DNA of 64,000 nucleotides from assembly GCA_000182565.2 (NCBI GenBank), contig KQ257452.1, one strand, 5' to 3'. The position numbers were made by a program, and so were the translations under genes. Of the stretch, positions 44,601-60,922 are shown piece by piece; position 1 is the first letter of the stretch; each line of letters opens with the position of its first letter. Below the pieces are notes generated by a model. It ran no database searches, was not told the DNA's origin, and worked only from the letters and a program-made list of their open reading frames with translations. This DNA comes from Spizellomyces punctatus DAOM BR117 (lineage: Eukaryota).

Positions 44601-45456
44601 ATAGCGATTCAGGATGTTCACTAATCCCCTTGCCAAAGCTATATTTTCCGCGGCTGGATCACCGCCTGATACTGGCCTGAGCACAATGAGAAACCGTTAT
44701 GGCAGAGCACTAGTATCCTACTTTTAATATGCCGGGTGAGCAGCATGACGAGAGACTGTACACGCTCCAGATTTGTTTCGGCAATCTTATCAACAAGCCA
44801 TACAATCTTACCACAGAGTGATGATTATTAGTGCTTTGCCTGAGGACCACGTCGCCACTAGACAAATGACAGGTACCTTAAGACGAACATGAGAGCGTAA
44901 CATCCGAAACGGTCTCAAGTTAACCAGGTCCACATCCTCGGTGAGAGCAAATAGCTTGGTGATGATGTAATTGAAGTTGTCTGTCACAACAAGCTGCAGA
45001 AGGGTAGCGTACTATGGCAGATTGAACTTGAGCCAACATATTCGCATATCCAGTCAAAACCAGGAAAGAAGTCTCACTTGTGAGGACTTCTGCTCTGTCA
45101 GAGCACCATACAGGAGGCCGCCATTGATTTGATCATTATTTGAATCAATCTGTATTCAAAGAGCACGTTCAGAGGCATGGTTTCTGCTTTTGCAGGCTCC
45201 ACGGAGTCAAGCAAGGAACGGACCTGTTCGTGTAGCACGCGAAGGAAGTCTCCTTCATTTCTGTTACTGCGAAGTTCCTGCACAAACTCATATGCTGCAC
45301 GAAGCTCCTTCAAAGGTGGACAAAAGCAAGCACCAATTCAGCCCGAATTCGTCCATCCCAATCAACGCTCTAAACGATCTAGCGTTCAAGCACCTTTTCT
45401 CTTGGGTCTTGCTTGTCAACTTTTTCATCAAGGCTAAAGAGCACATGTCGTGCCAT
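41615..45456 (-). CDS. INTS3: Integrator complex subunit 3 / SOSS-A homolog; 3' end uncertain
   Basis: NGGLLYGALTE, FLRLIADH, FRDCLRIGRDLVRLLLTVSRIP, RITPEMDIKMRFIL, DLIRFICTGIQPPNTILGSKIVQRWEVI, LALFFDWLFWNPAHDNIMYI|EPAML: collinear with the INTS3 N-terminal domain. Confidence 0.85.
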
Positions 45457-45832
45457 GGTAGAATTGTAGCCCTCTTATATCAACAGCTGACCCCCTGCCC
45501 TCTGCAACTCTCCAACGAAATCGCTCCATTAAATCATCGCTGGGACAACTTCCCAGCAACAAGCAATTACCAGATCAGAGCCAATTATATGGCTGTGCCA
45601 TCATTGTGGCAATGCCATGGAGTTCGACATCAACTCGGCCAATGTCCCAACTTGTCTCCACCAGAGTTTAATCAACTGCAGTTGGTCATCTCCCTTTGTC
45701 AGCTAAAGGACCGTGCCCATCAGTATCGTTGACCAACCCTTGAACGCTTCTCTGACCCTGCTGGTTGTATTATCTTACGTGGCAGCATCATTTTCCAAAC
45801 GGATTACCGACGTATCGGAGGTCGCTATCAAG

Positions 45833-49069
<3,237 letters not shown>

Positions 49070-49333
49070 ATAAAAGCTGTTTCTGTTGGAGTGAAGAACG
49101 TGCAAATCGACCTTGTGCTCTGCTTCCCCTTTGTGTGTCTTGGCCATGGCCAGCCGTGGCTCTGTTATCTACCAAAAGAAACAATAATCATCGAAACAAT
49201 AATAACTGAACTCGATGAATTTAAACACTGATAGTGATGCTATACTGAGCTACATGCGCTCTGATGCAGCACAGTTTACTAATGACAGTTCATGCAACAA
49301 CCAACGAAACAGTAACAACCAAAGCCCACGAGC

Positions 49334-50206
49334 TTAATCCTTTTTGAATTCGCCGCTGGTTTCGGCGGCAATGTCATTCAAAGCCGATGTGGCCTTAGTC
49401 TGCAATCGATATAGATTAGTCATACGAGAACCTATGGCATTAAACCGGGGAATAAGTACCTTCAGCTTGGCAAAGTGACCATCAATGACCTTCTCCTCAG
49501 AAATCAGGTAAGGGCGAACAAATTTGAAATACAAGAACTGAGCGCCCTGTGCCGTAGAAAAGAAAGCATGAGTATCAAGCGGGACGGGACTTTGCCGAAA
49601 CATGACTATTTGTACCTGGAACTGAGGAACTATTTTGGAATGACAGAAATGGCGACCGATGAGATAGAGAAGATGCGAATACAAAAGAAGATGTACATAC
49701 GGATAAGGTAGAGGATCAATGCGGCCTTGAATGTGTAGTAGAATGGAATCCAGTAAAGCAACGCATCAGAGAAGAATTCCAGCACGTTCAAGAAGCCAAA
49801 AACTGTCCAGTAAATGAGCCTGGGTGACAATAAGGCAACCAAGGTTAGACAATTTTCACAAATGGACAATTGGTTGTGCAAACCACACCATTGAGTATCA
49901 TCATTCTTGTTCACAGACTCGATAGCTTTGAAGGATGCGTATGCGGGGTAGAGGAATCCCAACAAATTGGTCAACAAGGAGCCCCATATGTTGAAGAAGA
50001 TCAGCAAAGCGGCAAAGACACCAACTCCGCCGACTGCGTAAGTCTTGGGGAATCCCGTGCGTCGCTCGATTTCAAGCGTGATCGGGATTTTGGACAATTC
50101 AACATCAAACTATTTTGACATGAATAGATTAGAAGGAGGCCAAAACCTCACTCGCCACCGAGACACAACCCACCTGTTTGAGGTATTGCTGGAATTTGTC
50201 AGACAT
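49334..50206 (-). CDS. YOP1: Yop1/REEP5 (TB2/DP1, HVA22) ER-shaping protein
   Basis: LLGFLYPAYASFKAIES, DDTQW|LIYWTVFG, WIPFYYTFK, PQFQ|GAQFLY. Confidence 0.93.
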
Positions 50207-50538
50207 ATTGGTATTCTGGATGAACGAGAAACTTGAAGACGATGCGAAGGGTAACTCGGCTTTTTATGTCAATCTCTTGGAGAAAACAACAATCAAGTTG
50301 GAAGCTTCTTTTGCGCGGTAGAACCCTTATTCGCTTGGTTGGAGATACAGGCTGTTTGTTGTTGACTCACCGCCGCCGAGCCTGTGCGACATTTGATTGG
50401 GCATGTCATTTAGCCATATTTGGCAAGTACTTTATTTCTTTTTGGCTTACGAAATGCTGCAAGGGCTGTTGAGTTTTGACTTTTTGGCTGATCGCTGTTG
50501 GGGCATTGAAATTGTCTGCGGTCTGCTCAACTCATATA

Positions 50539-53500
50539 ATGTATGAGGAATATGGATTTGGTTTTTTATATGTTAGAACCGCACCGTAACGTTTTGTTCT
50601 CAGGTCCCGTCTCATTGTCAAGAACCTTCCAAAGCATTACACATTAGACCGGTTCAAGGAACATTTTAGTGAAAAGGGCGAAGTAACAGATGCCAAACTC
50701 GTGAAGACACCGTAAGTTGGCAAGTATTGTCCTGCTATGTGATCATTTTTCAACGCTACTCTTCCACCAGGGATGGGGTGTTCCGTCGCTTTGGCTACAT
50801 TGGGTTCAAGACAGAGAAGCAGGCCAAGGATGCGCTAAAGTACTTCAACAATACATTTGTGGATACCTCAAAGATTCAAGTTGAATTGGCAAAGGCGGTA
50901 TGTCTAGGCAAGAGAAATGACATCATCGTGGTTATTTCAGTGTAATAGAGTGCTCTTTTCCTAGATTGGAGATGCAAGTCTTCCCAGACCATGGAGTCGA
51001 CACTCTCATGGAAGTTCAGCATTCGACCGCAAGACGCAAGCAGAGGCAGAGGCCCAAAGGCAGCGGGAAGAGCGACAGGATCGCTTGCGTCGTCAAAAGG
51101 AGGAGACGCAACAGGATATGGAGCGAAAACAAAAACTTTTGAATACTTTATATGCTGACGAGCATGATCCAAAACTGAAGGAGTTCTTGGAAGTGATGAG
51201 GCCTCGGTCTTCCGCCCGTGGGCGGACGTGGGCAAATGATGATGTCACATCTGCACAAGGAACGGCAAATAATGGGGGGAAGAAGAATAGAGCCAAAGCT
51301 ACCGTTCTGGCAGTCCCAAATAAGAAGACCGGCGGTGATGGAATGCTAGTTACCAAAACGCATGTGACTTTTGAAGATTCTGAGGATGAGCTGTATGACG
51401 AGCTTCCCTCTGCCACGAAAGACAATGGTAGTGGCAGTACAAAGGAAGGGACGGAATCGGCGGCAACGATGGTAGAAGAAGATGTAGAAACGGAAACCGT
51501 CGAGGATGCATCTAAACAGAGAAATTCAGCTGCTCACGACAGTAGTTTGTCAGATCTCGATTATCTTCGTTCTAAAATGAGAAACCTGAGCAAGGTAAAG
51601 GCGCTTGCTGCTGTTGACTCGTCAGCAAAAATGGACACTCACAATGTCTCTAGGATGAAGACGAGGAAATCGAAGCGCATGAGGACTCGGGGGCGGACGT
51701 TGGCGAAGATGATGATGATAGCATGGACGTGGATAAGGCAATAACGCCAACAGACATTAAATCCTCATCAACAATTGGAGCTGTGCCTTCCAAGATTCAT
51801 GCGAGTAGAATGGCTCTATTCGATAATGAAGATGACATTGAAACTCCTGCACCGATCGCAACGACGCAAGGTGCTTCTAATACTCGACCGCCTCCATCAA
51901 CGGTTTCAGTGCCAAAGGCTGAACAGGGTCCGCCGCCTGCAGAGTTAATCGCTGACACAGGTCGACTGTTTGTCAAAAATCTGCCATACACTTGCACAGT
52001 CGAGGATTTGCACAAGCTTTTTGAGAAGTTTGGACCTTTGTCGGAGGTAAATTGGTACTCTTTCATATCAAGGGTGTGATTATTCACATGATATCTAGGT
52101 TCACATTCCGATAGAAAAAGAAACTAAAAAGCCGAAAGGTTTTGCATTTATCTTATACCTTCTTCCCGAGCACGCTGTGAAGGCATTTACGACACTGGAT
52201 GGGCAGATTTTCCAAGGTCGTATTCTGGAAGTATTACCTGGCAAAGAGAAACCGAGACCCGTTGATGACGAAGAAAACAGTTCGCAGACGTTCAAGAACC
52301 AGCGAGAAAAGCAGAGAAAAGCTAACGCTGGCAATGAATTTAGCTGGAATAGCCTCTTCATGAACGTATGTTCTTTTATGTGTGACTATGGCATCACATC
52401 TGATGATTGGATACCTAACTCGGTGTGCAGAGTGATGCTGTAGCAGAAGCGATGGCAAGAAAACTCGGAGTGAAGAAGAGTGACATTCTGAATCCGGATG
52501 CGGAAAATATGGCTGTACGATTGGCTCTTGCGGAAACCCACATTATTACTGAAACAAAGCAATATCTTGAAGAGGTATGTGAAATACTGCGCTCATTTTA
52601 TTTGCTGACGTGCGTGCTCAGCGTTTTATTCCTTATAGGAGGGAATAGATCTAAGCGCTTTTGAGAAGCGGAAGACACGAAGTAAAAGTATCATTTTGGT
52701 AAAGAATATTCCACATGACACAGAAGAAGAGGAGTTGCGCGAGCTTTTTGGCAAGTTTGGTACGATTGGACGGGTAAGGAAGTCGTCGTTTGGACGTTGC
52801 GATCCCCGCGGTTCTAGCGATTGACATCCCAGTATTGTTAGTTGGTTCTTCCGCCTGCAAAAACCATTGCTCTGGTCGAGTTTTTGGAACTTAACGAAGC
52901 GAAGGCAGCATTTCAACGGCTAGCATACACCAAATTCAAACATTTGCCATTGTATCTGGAATGGGCACCAGTGGATACCTTCAAAAAGAAGTATGATCCG
53001 ACAGAAGTTGCTGAACGTCGGAACAAAAAGGAGACACAAAAAGAAGATAAAACTACTACCGAAGATGTAGAATCAGAAGCCCCCAGAAGAACTATCAACG
53101 AGCTTGCTAGCGCAGACGACGCTACGGAGGATCCGGATGCTATGCCAATTGCCACCTTGTTCGTTAAGAACCTCAATTTTGAGACCAATGAGGAGCGGCT
53201 TCGAGAAGCCTTCAAAGTTGCCAAAGGCCTGCGTTCAGTTCGAGTTGCCACCAAGTTGGATAAGAAGACTGGCGGCAAGCTGTCCATGGGGTTCGGATTC
53301 TTGGAGTTCAACACAAAAGAGGATGCTATGCGATGCATTAAGTCGATGCAGGTATGCGAACGTGCTGAAGAAATATGCCTGTCAAACTTGACCTCTCATT
53401 GCATATTCTGCAGAATTTCAAATTGGATGGACATTCTCTTGAGCTCAAGATTTCGAACGCTGCGGCAAAAAGCACAGCGCCGTCCAAAAAGCGAGGGTCT

Positions 53501-53944
53501 GAGGAACCAATAAAGGTCACCGGTACAAAGCTTATTGTACGCAACATTCCATTCGAGGCCACAAAGAAGGATATCCGACAATTGTTCTCGTAAGTCATCA
53601 CTTTAGAGTACCAGAATTTTTGATGTTTGTTTGCTGATGCTTCGATATTTTCTATCAGAACATTTGGCCAAGTCAAGTCTGTGCGTATACCGCGCAAGAT
53701 GGATGGAAATCACCGAGGTTTCGGTTTCGTAGATTTCTTAACCAAGCAAGAAGCGAAATCCGCGTTTGAAAGCCTGGCTGCTACTCACTTGTACGGAAGG
53801 CATTTGGTGCTCGAATGGGCTGAGGATGTGGAATCAGTGGAAGCTATGCGAAGCAAAACGGCGAGGGGATTCTTTAAGGATGATGGGCCAAATAAAAAGA
53901 GAAAGATTGTGATGGATGATGAAGGGGAAGAAGATGAGGACTAG
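50539..53944 (+). CDS. MRD1: Multiple-RRM pre-rRNA processing protein Mrd1/RBM19
   Basis: [10 protein letters not shown] (start codon split by an intron), [72 protein letters not shown]. Confidence 0.95.
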
Positions 53945-54107
53945 TTGATGGTTATATAGTTTCAGGCTACATTGTATATAGTATATAAACTTTATTTTAG
54001 TTCTGATATCATCGTTAAATACAAGCGAGTTTAGACCCACAAGATAAACTGTCGCTCGGTTGTTCGCCTGACGTTATCGCTTATGTAAGCCAGATCACAG
54101 CTCGATC

Positions 54108-56559
54108 ATGACTCACTGTCCACCACGTCGCTTGCTCTTGCAGTTCCGTCCACCCCAACGTCGAAAAATGCGACTTCTTCCACCACTCATCCTTCTCTTC
54201 TTTGGATTCGGTTTTATTTATTTCCTGTTAGCTCTGAACACACCTTCTCATCCAATTCCCGCACTCCTTGCCGCATATAAAGTACGGTTTCCAGATCTGG
54301 TTGAAGAATGGGCAGACCGGGTGGCAGGGTTTGCCCTGGTCGATGGCGGGCAAAGTATGCACGTTGGATGGATGGGGCATAATAAAGAAAAAGGTGGGTT
54401 TACAATCGCTATCGCAGAGGTACCAAACGAGGCCAACTGAGGTGCTGTCTTACGTCACAGGAGTGTTGCAACAGTATACAGTACCACTGGCGCTTAATGC
54501 GTCGCAAGTCGAAGCCAAGGCAATGAGGGTTAGGGAGATTAATGGCACCGTGACCCATATTGCATTTAATCGACAAATAATGCCGGACGCTGGACTAGCT
54601 ATGATATACAGACACGTGGATGGGGAACATATGAGGTAGGACTTCTGCTATGATTTAACTTATGCCAAGAAGACGTCTCCATGTTTTGTTATTTTAAGTT
54701 ATCACATGGATATGACAATATTAAAGTCGGAGGATACTTCGAAGCTCGCTTGCGAGAAAACGAAAGAAGGATGTGGTGAAAGCGAACTATTTAGTCATCA
54801 GTCTTGGGAGTTACCTGGCAATCTGCCATTGACGCGCGCATCGCTCGGATCATTAGGAAAGCTGGTTGCCAGTAGGTCAGACGGTTACCACACTATGGGC
54901 TAGTTTAGCCTGTTGGTTGAAATTGTATTTTGCCCTCCTCTGCAGGAGATATGACTCAAACATGTTTCGGGTGTATTTATTTGGAACGGATACCGATGAG
55001 AGTGAGCGGTCGGAAGGGACTGGAATTGGAGGGCCATCGATAGGTATGCCAATCAGTTTATAGGATCCGCCAAGAGGTTGCTTAATGAACGTTTGCAATA
55101 TTGTCGCAGACCTTTCACTGGGAAGGCAATTGCTCGCTATGGAACTGTACAACCCCATGTAGGATGCCATAGTTTGAATTTATATCAGGCAGGTCCACTC
55201 ACCAATGTCGTTCACCTTTTAGAGAACGTCACATTAGCGTATTCTCGGTAACCTTTCAGGAAGTAGATGACTTCTACCGAGTGTCGATGTCTATTTTTAC
55301 ATGGGTAGATGGCAAATGGGAACAGGATGAGATCTGGAAGGTGAATATAATTCGCGTGCCGATCGGTTGACGTTTGATTTAATTTCGCAACCATAACAGC
55401 AATCCTATCTTCCTGTACAGCGAAGCGTGTATTCTCCTGCATTGGGGCACGAAGTCGTCGAAGCTGAGAACGTGGATCAACTGTTCTGGCTCGGCACTCC
55501 GGTTGTTGGTGAGTTTCTCGTTATAGCGCGACAATCATTTTTGACGTCTATGGTCTGACCCGCACGGTAGCCGCATCATTGAATTCAAAGAGCGTCGCAT
55601 GGGTTTTTCTTGGCCGTATTTTTACACTAGACTACATTGGTGAAGAAGCCAGTGGCAAAAGCCATGGCTACCTGTTGGACGATTCGAGAATAGTAGACGA
55701 GATCAGCCATTCCAATTTAAAGATTCGAGGTGCAAACTTGAATCAGGATGGTTCCATTCTGGCACTGGTTACGGAAGTGGACGACATTATCGTATTCAAG
55801 CGTAACCCGTTGACCAGTGAACGAGAAGCAGAGTCCTCAGGATGGTGGGATGCTGAATCATTTTTTTCGATACCCCACGAAGTCGCCTTCTTTTTCGATG
55901 GGGCGCTAGAATCTACTCCGATGCGCGGCACGGCGCCCGCTGAGGAAAAAAGCAGCGGGAAAGGGCGATGGGAGTTGCATAATGTTTGGCTGAATAATAT
56001 AGACGGTGGCGCCGCTGGACGGGTGAGTCTGTTGTTTCAACAGAAGCATAGGATGATCCCAAGAATGCTAATCGTAGCACGGTTCGGGTTAGACTGTAAT
56101 TGCTTTTAGTCTGGTCGATGCGGAGCAGCTACACTTGGATGTGCCAACCAGTTCAGAGTCCGAACAGCAGTGTTACATAGGTAATTACTCGATGTTGCTT
56201 TGTCGCTCCCCGTCACTGATGAAATACTAAGCTCAATGTTGGGGGTTTTCACAGTTGTGCTATACTCAAACAACGTCCTCAACATTCTGGACCTGCAAAG
56301 ACAATTTGAAGGCTCACACGTCGGAAGATTTTTGACGACGCGATGGCCGATGCTTGTAGGGATGGTGGCTGTTATCATTGCTTTCGTTATAAACGAAGTG
56401 AGGTGAGCATATGTTCATACAAGCTACTCATCAAATAGGTTTCTGACTCTGACTCGTTCCTTTCCCAGCCATGGATTGGGCAGGTACATGTCCTTATTTG
56501 GGATAGGATTGTCATTTTGGCTGTTGATGTCGATTGTAATTGTTGGGGAGACGGTGTAG
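54108..56559 (+). CDS. Hypothetical membrane protein with beta-strand-rich (WD40-like) middle region
   Basis: Multi-exon model; N-terminal TM (LLPPLILLFFGFGFIYFLLAL), ANLNQDGSILALVTE, C-terminal TM helices. Internal exon structure only partly resolved. Confidence 0.6.
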
Positions 56560-56668
56560 CTGTGGACGGATCAACGGCTGCCTCCTTACTGTAACTTTAA
56601 AAGGGTGACCGGATCTTGCATTATGTACATTTAAACACATTAATCAGAAAATTTGGGACTTCTTCCTT

Positions 56669-58631
56669 TCAACCGCACTCAGGCTCATCTGTGTACCCGC
56701 CGCCTCCTTCAGCTGCATATTCGTCAAATTCAAACTCTCCGCGCAATTCCTGTGTCCACCCATCGCCTCCTTCCATGTCGTGTTGTATGCGAAGCTGAGG
56801 TTTCCATCGGTTCTTTTTCGATGTCCCCTTTGCGCGAGGCTTTCGTCGAGGTCTTGCGCCAGCTGTGTTCTGTTCACCCCTTGCGCTGTCCGCATCTATC
56901 AGTTCATCTTTCGAGAACCTTGCTTCGGCTGCTCGTCGTTGCATCGGTATTTTTGCCGTGCGCTCCACAGTGCCTGGCTTTACCGGCACATATACCGGTG
57001 GAGCGGTTTTCAGTGTTGGATTGCGGAATTGACCGCTGGAGCCTGGATCCTGGGGTGGTGACGCGGGGCGTGGGGGTTGCGTCTCTACTGAATGGGAATA
57101 CTGTGAGTGAGCCGTACCGCGCGAAACAAGTAGTCATTACAAAAACCATACCAATTTTGTGAACCTGTGAAATGGGTGGTTTGGGGGTTGAATCGATAAC
57201 GCGCTTGTTGACGAGATCCAGCGTAATCACTCGTCGTCGTTTCTGCTCCTCCTCGAGTCTACGCTGTTCTTGCGCTTTCTTCAAGGCTAAGGCACGCTCT
57301 TCGGCACTGAGCCACTTGTTCGATGCATCTTCATCGTAGTTGAAGTCACTTGCTTGGTCTGATACGCCAGAGTTATAATCGCAAGTAATCAAGAGGTCAC
57401 CAAGTATCGTCTTACCATGAACTCTCGTTCTTGCAGTGCTATTCCGTTGGAAATCCAACAGTTTTTCCATCTGGGCTTCGGCGCGCGCTAACGCCTGTTG
57501 ATCCTTTTCCGTCATGAGAGTCGGGAACTGAGACTGATCGGCGCCATTGGGTGTCCTCGCAATCGACGCAGCAGAAGGCACCTGAGCACCAGCTGCCTGT
57601 CCGTATCGCGCACCTACATAGGCATCTCTACCCCTCCCTACTTTGGACGAACGAGTAGGAACACCCTTGCTCTTCCTTTCCTGGACAAGTGTGACCTGTT
57701 GCTGTTTAGAGTAAACAGGAGTTCCGCAGCAGGGACAAGGTCCTTCCCCTTCCAATCGGCATATCACTTTCCCACATGTCAAACAGTTCGTAATCAGTCC
57801 ATGGGTTGCAGCTGAATTAAGAGCGGGTAAGAAACTGATGCATTGTCAAAAGCACAAGATACAGGAAGTCTGGCAACGGGCCATACCTAAGCATTCACAG
57901 ACCACACGACCGCCAAATCCAGGAGGGGCATTTCCGACTTTCACCATTCCATCCAGACTATCCAGGGTGGCTGCGGCTGCAGCTACATTCATTCGTTCCT
58001 TCTTTCCCTTCTTTTGTTTATACTTTGGTGCTTGTGTGGACCGATCGTCAATCTTCACTGACGATAGTTTGTCGCTCAACAATTCTCCCTCCAAAGGACG
58101 CGATGGTGCTTTCGGAGAAGGTGCACTCGATGTTTTCGATCCCCTGGTTCTGCAAAGTACATACATGAACTCGGATCTCAACCGTACAGCGCGTCATGTT
58201 TATCCTACCCCTTGAAATAGTCCTCTTCCATATCAGGTTTTCTGTACACATTTTGTTCATCCTTGAAATGCTTCTTGAGTTGTGCGGGCGATCCGTTTTT
58301 ACTAGGAGTTGAAGCCTACTATAACGCTAAGTGTTTGTGCCAAGTCACGGATATCGCTAAAGGTTCAAGCAGGCTGTACCTGAGCGTCAGTGGTTTTCAG
58401 CGGTGCCGTCCAGGCCCCTTTCGTAACCACAGGGGGAAACCGTCTTGTATTGAACTCTTGAATAAACAGCACCGCAGGCGATGAGTCGCCCAGCATGCCA
58501 GTTAGAAATTCGACTACCGCTTCAGGGGAAGTAATTTGCAACAAGTACGCCGTGATTTGCTGCAGTTCTTCCCCGTCTAGGCCCATCAACGCCGATAGGC
58601 GGTCCTGCGCCCATCCGTCCACAGTGTTCAT
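56669..58631 (-). CDS. Rqt4/TRIP4 (ASC-1)-like zf-C2HC5 protein without ASCH domain
   Basis: N-terminal WAQDRLSALMG...EFLTGMLGDSSPAVLFIQEF; VCECL|AATHGLITNCLTCGKVICRLEGEGPCPCCG; KLLDFQRNSTARTRVH|DQASDF; KWLSAEER. Confidence 0.85.
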
Positions 58632-58934
58632 TTGAGACGATGAGTGCTCCTGGTCCAGAGTGTGCTGTGGGCGAGTTTCCAATGCTTGACATGAGTCATT
58701 GTTGATATAGCAACAGTAGAATACACGTGCCTTGATGATGCAACTCTTTGGAGGCAAGTTCCCGACGACTTTTGCGTCTTGTCCTGCACCTCCTAAAAGA
58801 CAATTTGACTAGCAGGTGAGCTATGGAACAGTCGGATTGCGAATGCACTATTGCAAGCAACTCACTATCGACGTCCCTCCTACTTCAGCCTTTTGCCTGG
58901 CTTTCTCTAGAGACCTTTAATAGACGGGGCAGAA

Positions 58935-60922
58935 ATGGCCTTCTTCACACCACAAGACGTTAAAGCTTTGAAAAGCTACAAATACAGCGGAGTAGACAAG
59001 TCGATAATATCGCGATACATAGTTTGTATCTTCCCGTCCTTGTCAGAACCTTTATTTGCTTCCGTGTAAGCCATAACCATTCTCACTTGTGATAGTTGAA
59101 TCCCTACTGGTGGAACAACTTGGTCAAGATTTTCCCATTATGGTTTGCGTACGTATACTAACAGAGAGAATCCTTGATGTGATGCTGGGTCGGTACTGAT
59201 TGGAACGTAATATCATGTGTAGCCCCAACCTCATAACGCTGACGGGTCTGAGCATTGTTGGGGCCAACGTCATGCTCCTTCTCTACTACTCGCCTGACCT
59301 TCAAGAACCATGTCCGAATTGGGTCTACTACAGGCAAGGAGAGACGAGTATATGAGCTAGTTTGACTCAGATCCTTAATAGAGAACTAATTCGAGGACTG
59401 CCTATAGTTTTGCTGTCGGCCTCTTTCTATACCAGTCCTTCGACTCGATAGATGGAAAACAAGCGCGTCGAACGGGGACGAGTGGACCTCTCGGGGAGCT
59501 TTTTGATCAGTGAGTGTACGAATCGTGATTACCGCTGTCTGCCAGAAAACCTTACCCATGTTTCCGTGCAGTGGTATGCATTGTGTGCGCAATTGCCACG
59601 CCAGGATTAGTCAACCTATAGCTATCATTTGATATCACAACTAACTTAATTTGTTGTATTAAACCATAGGATGTGATGCCCTCAATACCACAGTACGTAG
59701 AGTTGGTGCATTCGATTGTCTCATCGCGTCGCTAACCAGGCAAGCTCTACCATTAGTTAGGAGGACTTCTACTTGGTTCGGCAATGAATCTTCATCAGTC
59801 ATGGTGGCTGATTTTCAGTTTGATGTCCGGTAAGTCCTTGCATTAGCTCTGTCTTTGAGGATACGTCGCATACCCACATGTCGTAGCGCTTGGCAATTTT
59901 TATCTGAGTACATGGGAAGAATATCACACTGGAACATTATATCTTAGTTACTGCAGTGGGCCCGTGGAGGGCATTCTGTTGATCGTGTTCATTTTCATAG
60001 TATCTGGCCGATATGGTGAGTGAACGGATATACCGATTTCATACACTGGCATCTTCTAACAATAGTGCAGGGCCTGAAATCTGGGATCGCCGTATATCTG
60101 CCACGTTTCCGAGTGTCGCTTCTCTCCTGCCTTCTACAATTGCGGAATTAAGGCTGAACGAATACTTTCTTGGTATTGGTGCGGTGTTTCTTGTATTCAA
60201 TATTGTCAGCGGGTATGTCGCTTTGTTGTCAAAAAAGGCACTGCTGCAGCCTCAACGTATGTTGTTGTAGGGGATTGAACGTCTTCCGCGCCTCCGGTGC
60301 ACGGAAAAGGAGCACCGTTGTTGCTATGCTGGGCCTTCTTCCCTTTGTTGCCTTCACTTTTGGCATTTTCACGTGGCTGAAACTCTCGCCATCTATTCTA
60401 ACGACGCATCTAATCCCCTTTTCGTTACTGGTCGGCTGTCTATTTGGTCACCAAGTCGGAAAGATGATTATCGCGCACGTCTGTCGGCGCTCATTCCCAT
60501 ACTTTGATTTTCCGATTTTCTTGATCGTAACGATCGGGAACTTGAGTGCCTTTGTTTTCCGTAATTGGGAGCTTACGGATGGTGCCAATTCTGGTCCCGT
60601 CCTCCGTAGCGCTTTTCCCAATGAGCTGTCTCACTGGCTTCAGGGTCTCTTGGAAAAACTCTTTGGTCACGTGGAAAGGATTGAGGACGCTGCTTTCATG
60701 GAAGGAACTATTGTGCATGTTCTGCTCTGTGTTGCCGTCTTTGCGTATCTGAGATTTGCGTTAAGGGTGATTCACGAACTGTGCGAGATCTTTGACTGTC
60801 ATTGCCTGAGGATCAAGAAGAAAGTTATCAAAGTTCATGGAACTGCAAAGTTTCCGCATGGAAAGGTTGGACGGGAGGGTACCCCTGGGAGGATGGGGGA
60901 AGAAAATCGAAAGTTGGAATAG
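58935..60922 (+). CDS. Choline/ethanolamine phosphotransferase (CDP-alcohol phosphatidyltransferase, EPT1/CPT1-like)
   Basis: [80 protein letters not shown]. Confidence 0.95.

Noticed and set aside
45190-45732. 180-aa plus-strand ORF
   Set aside because: Antisense to INTS3 exons 1-2 and spans the INTS3/CUL1 promoter; no protein features.
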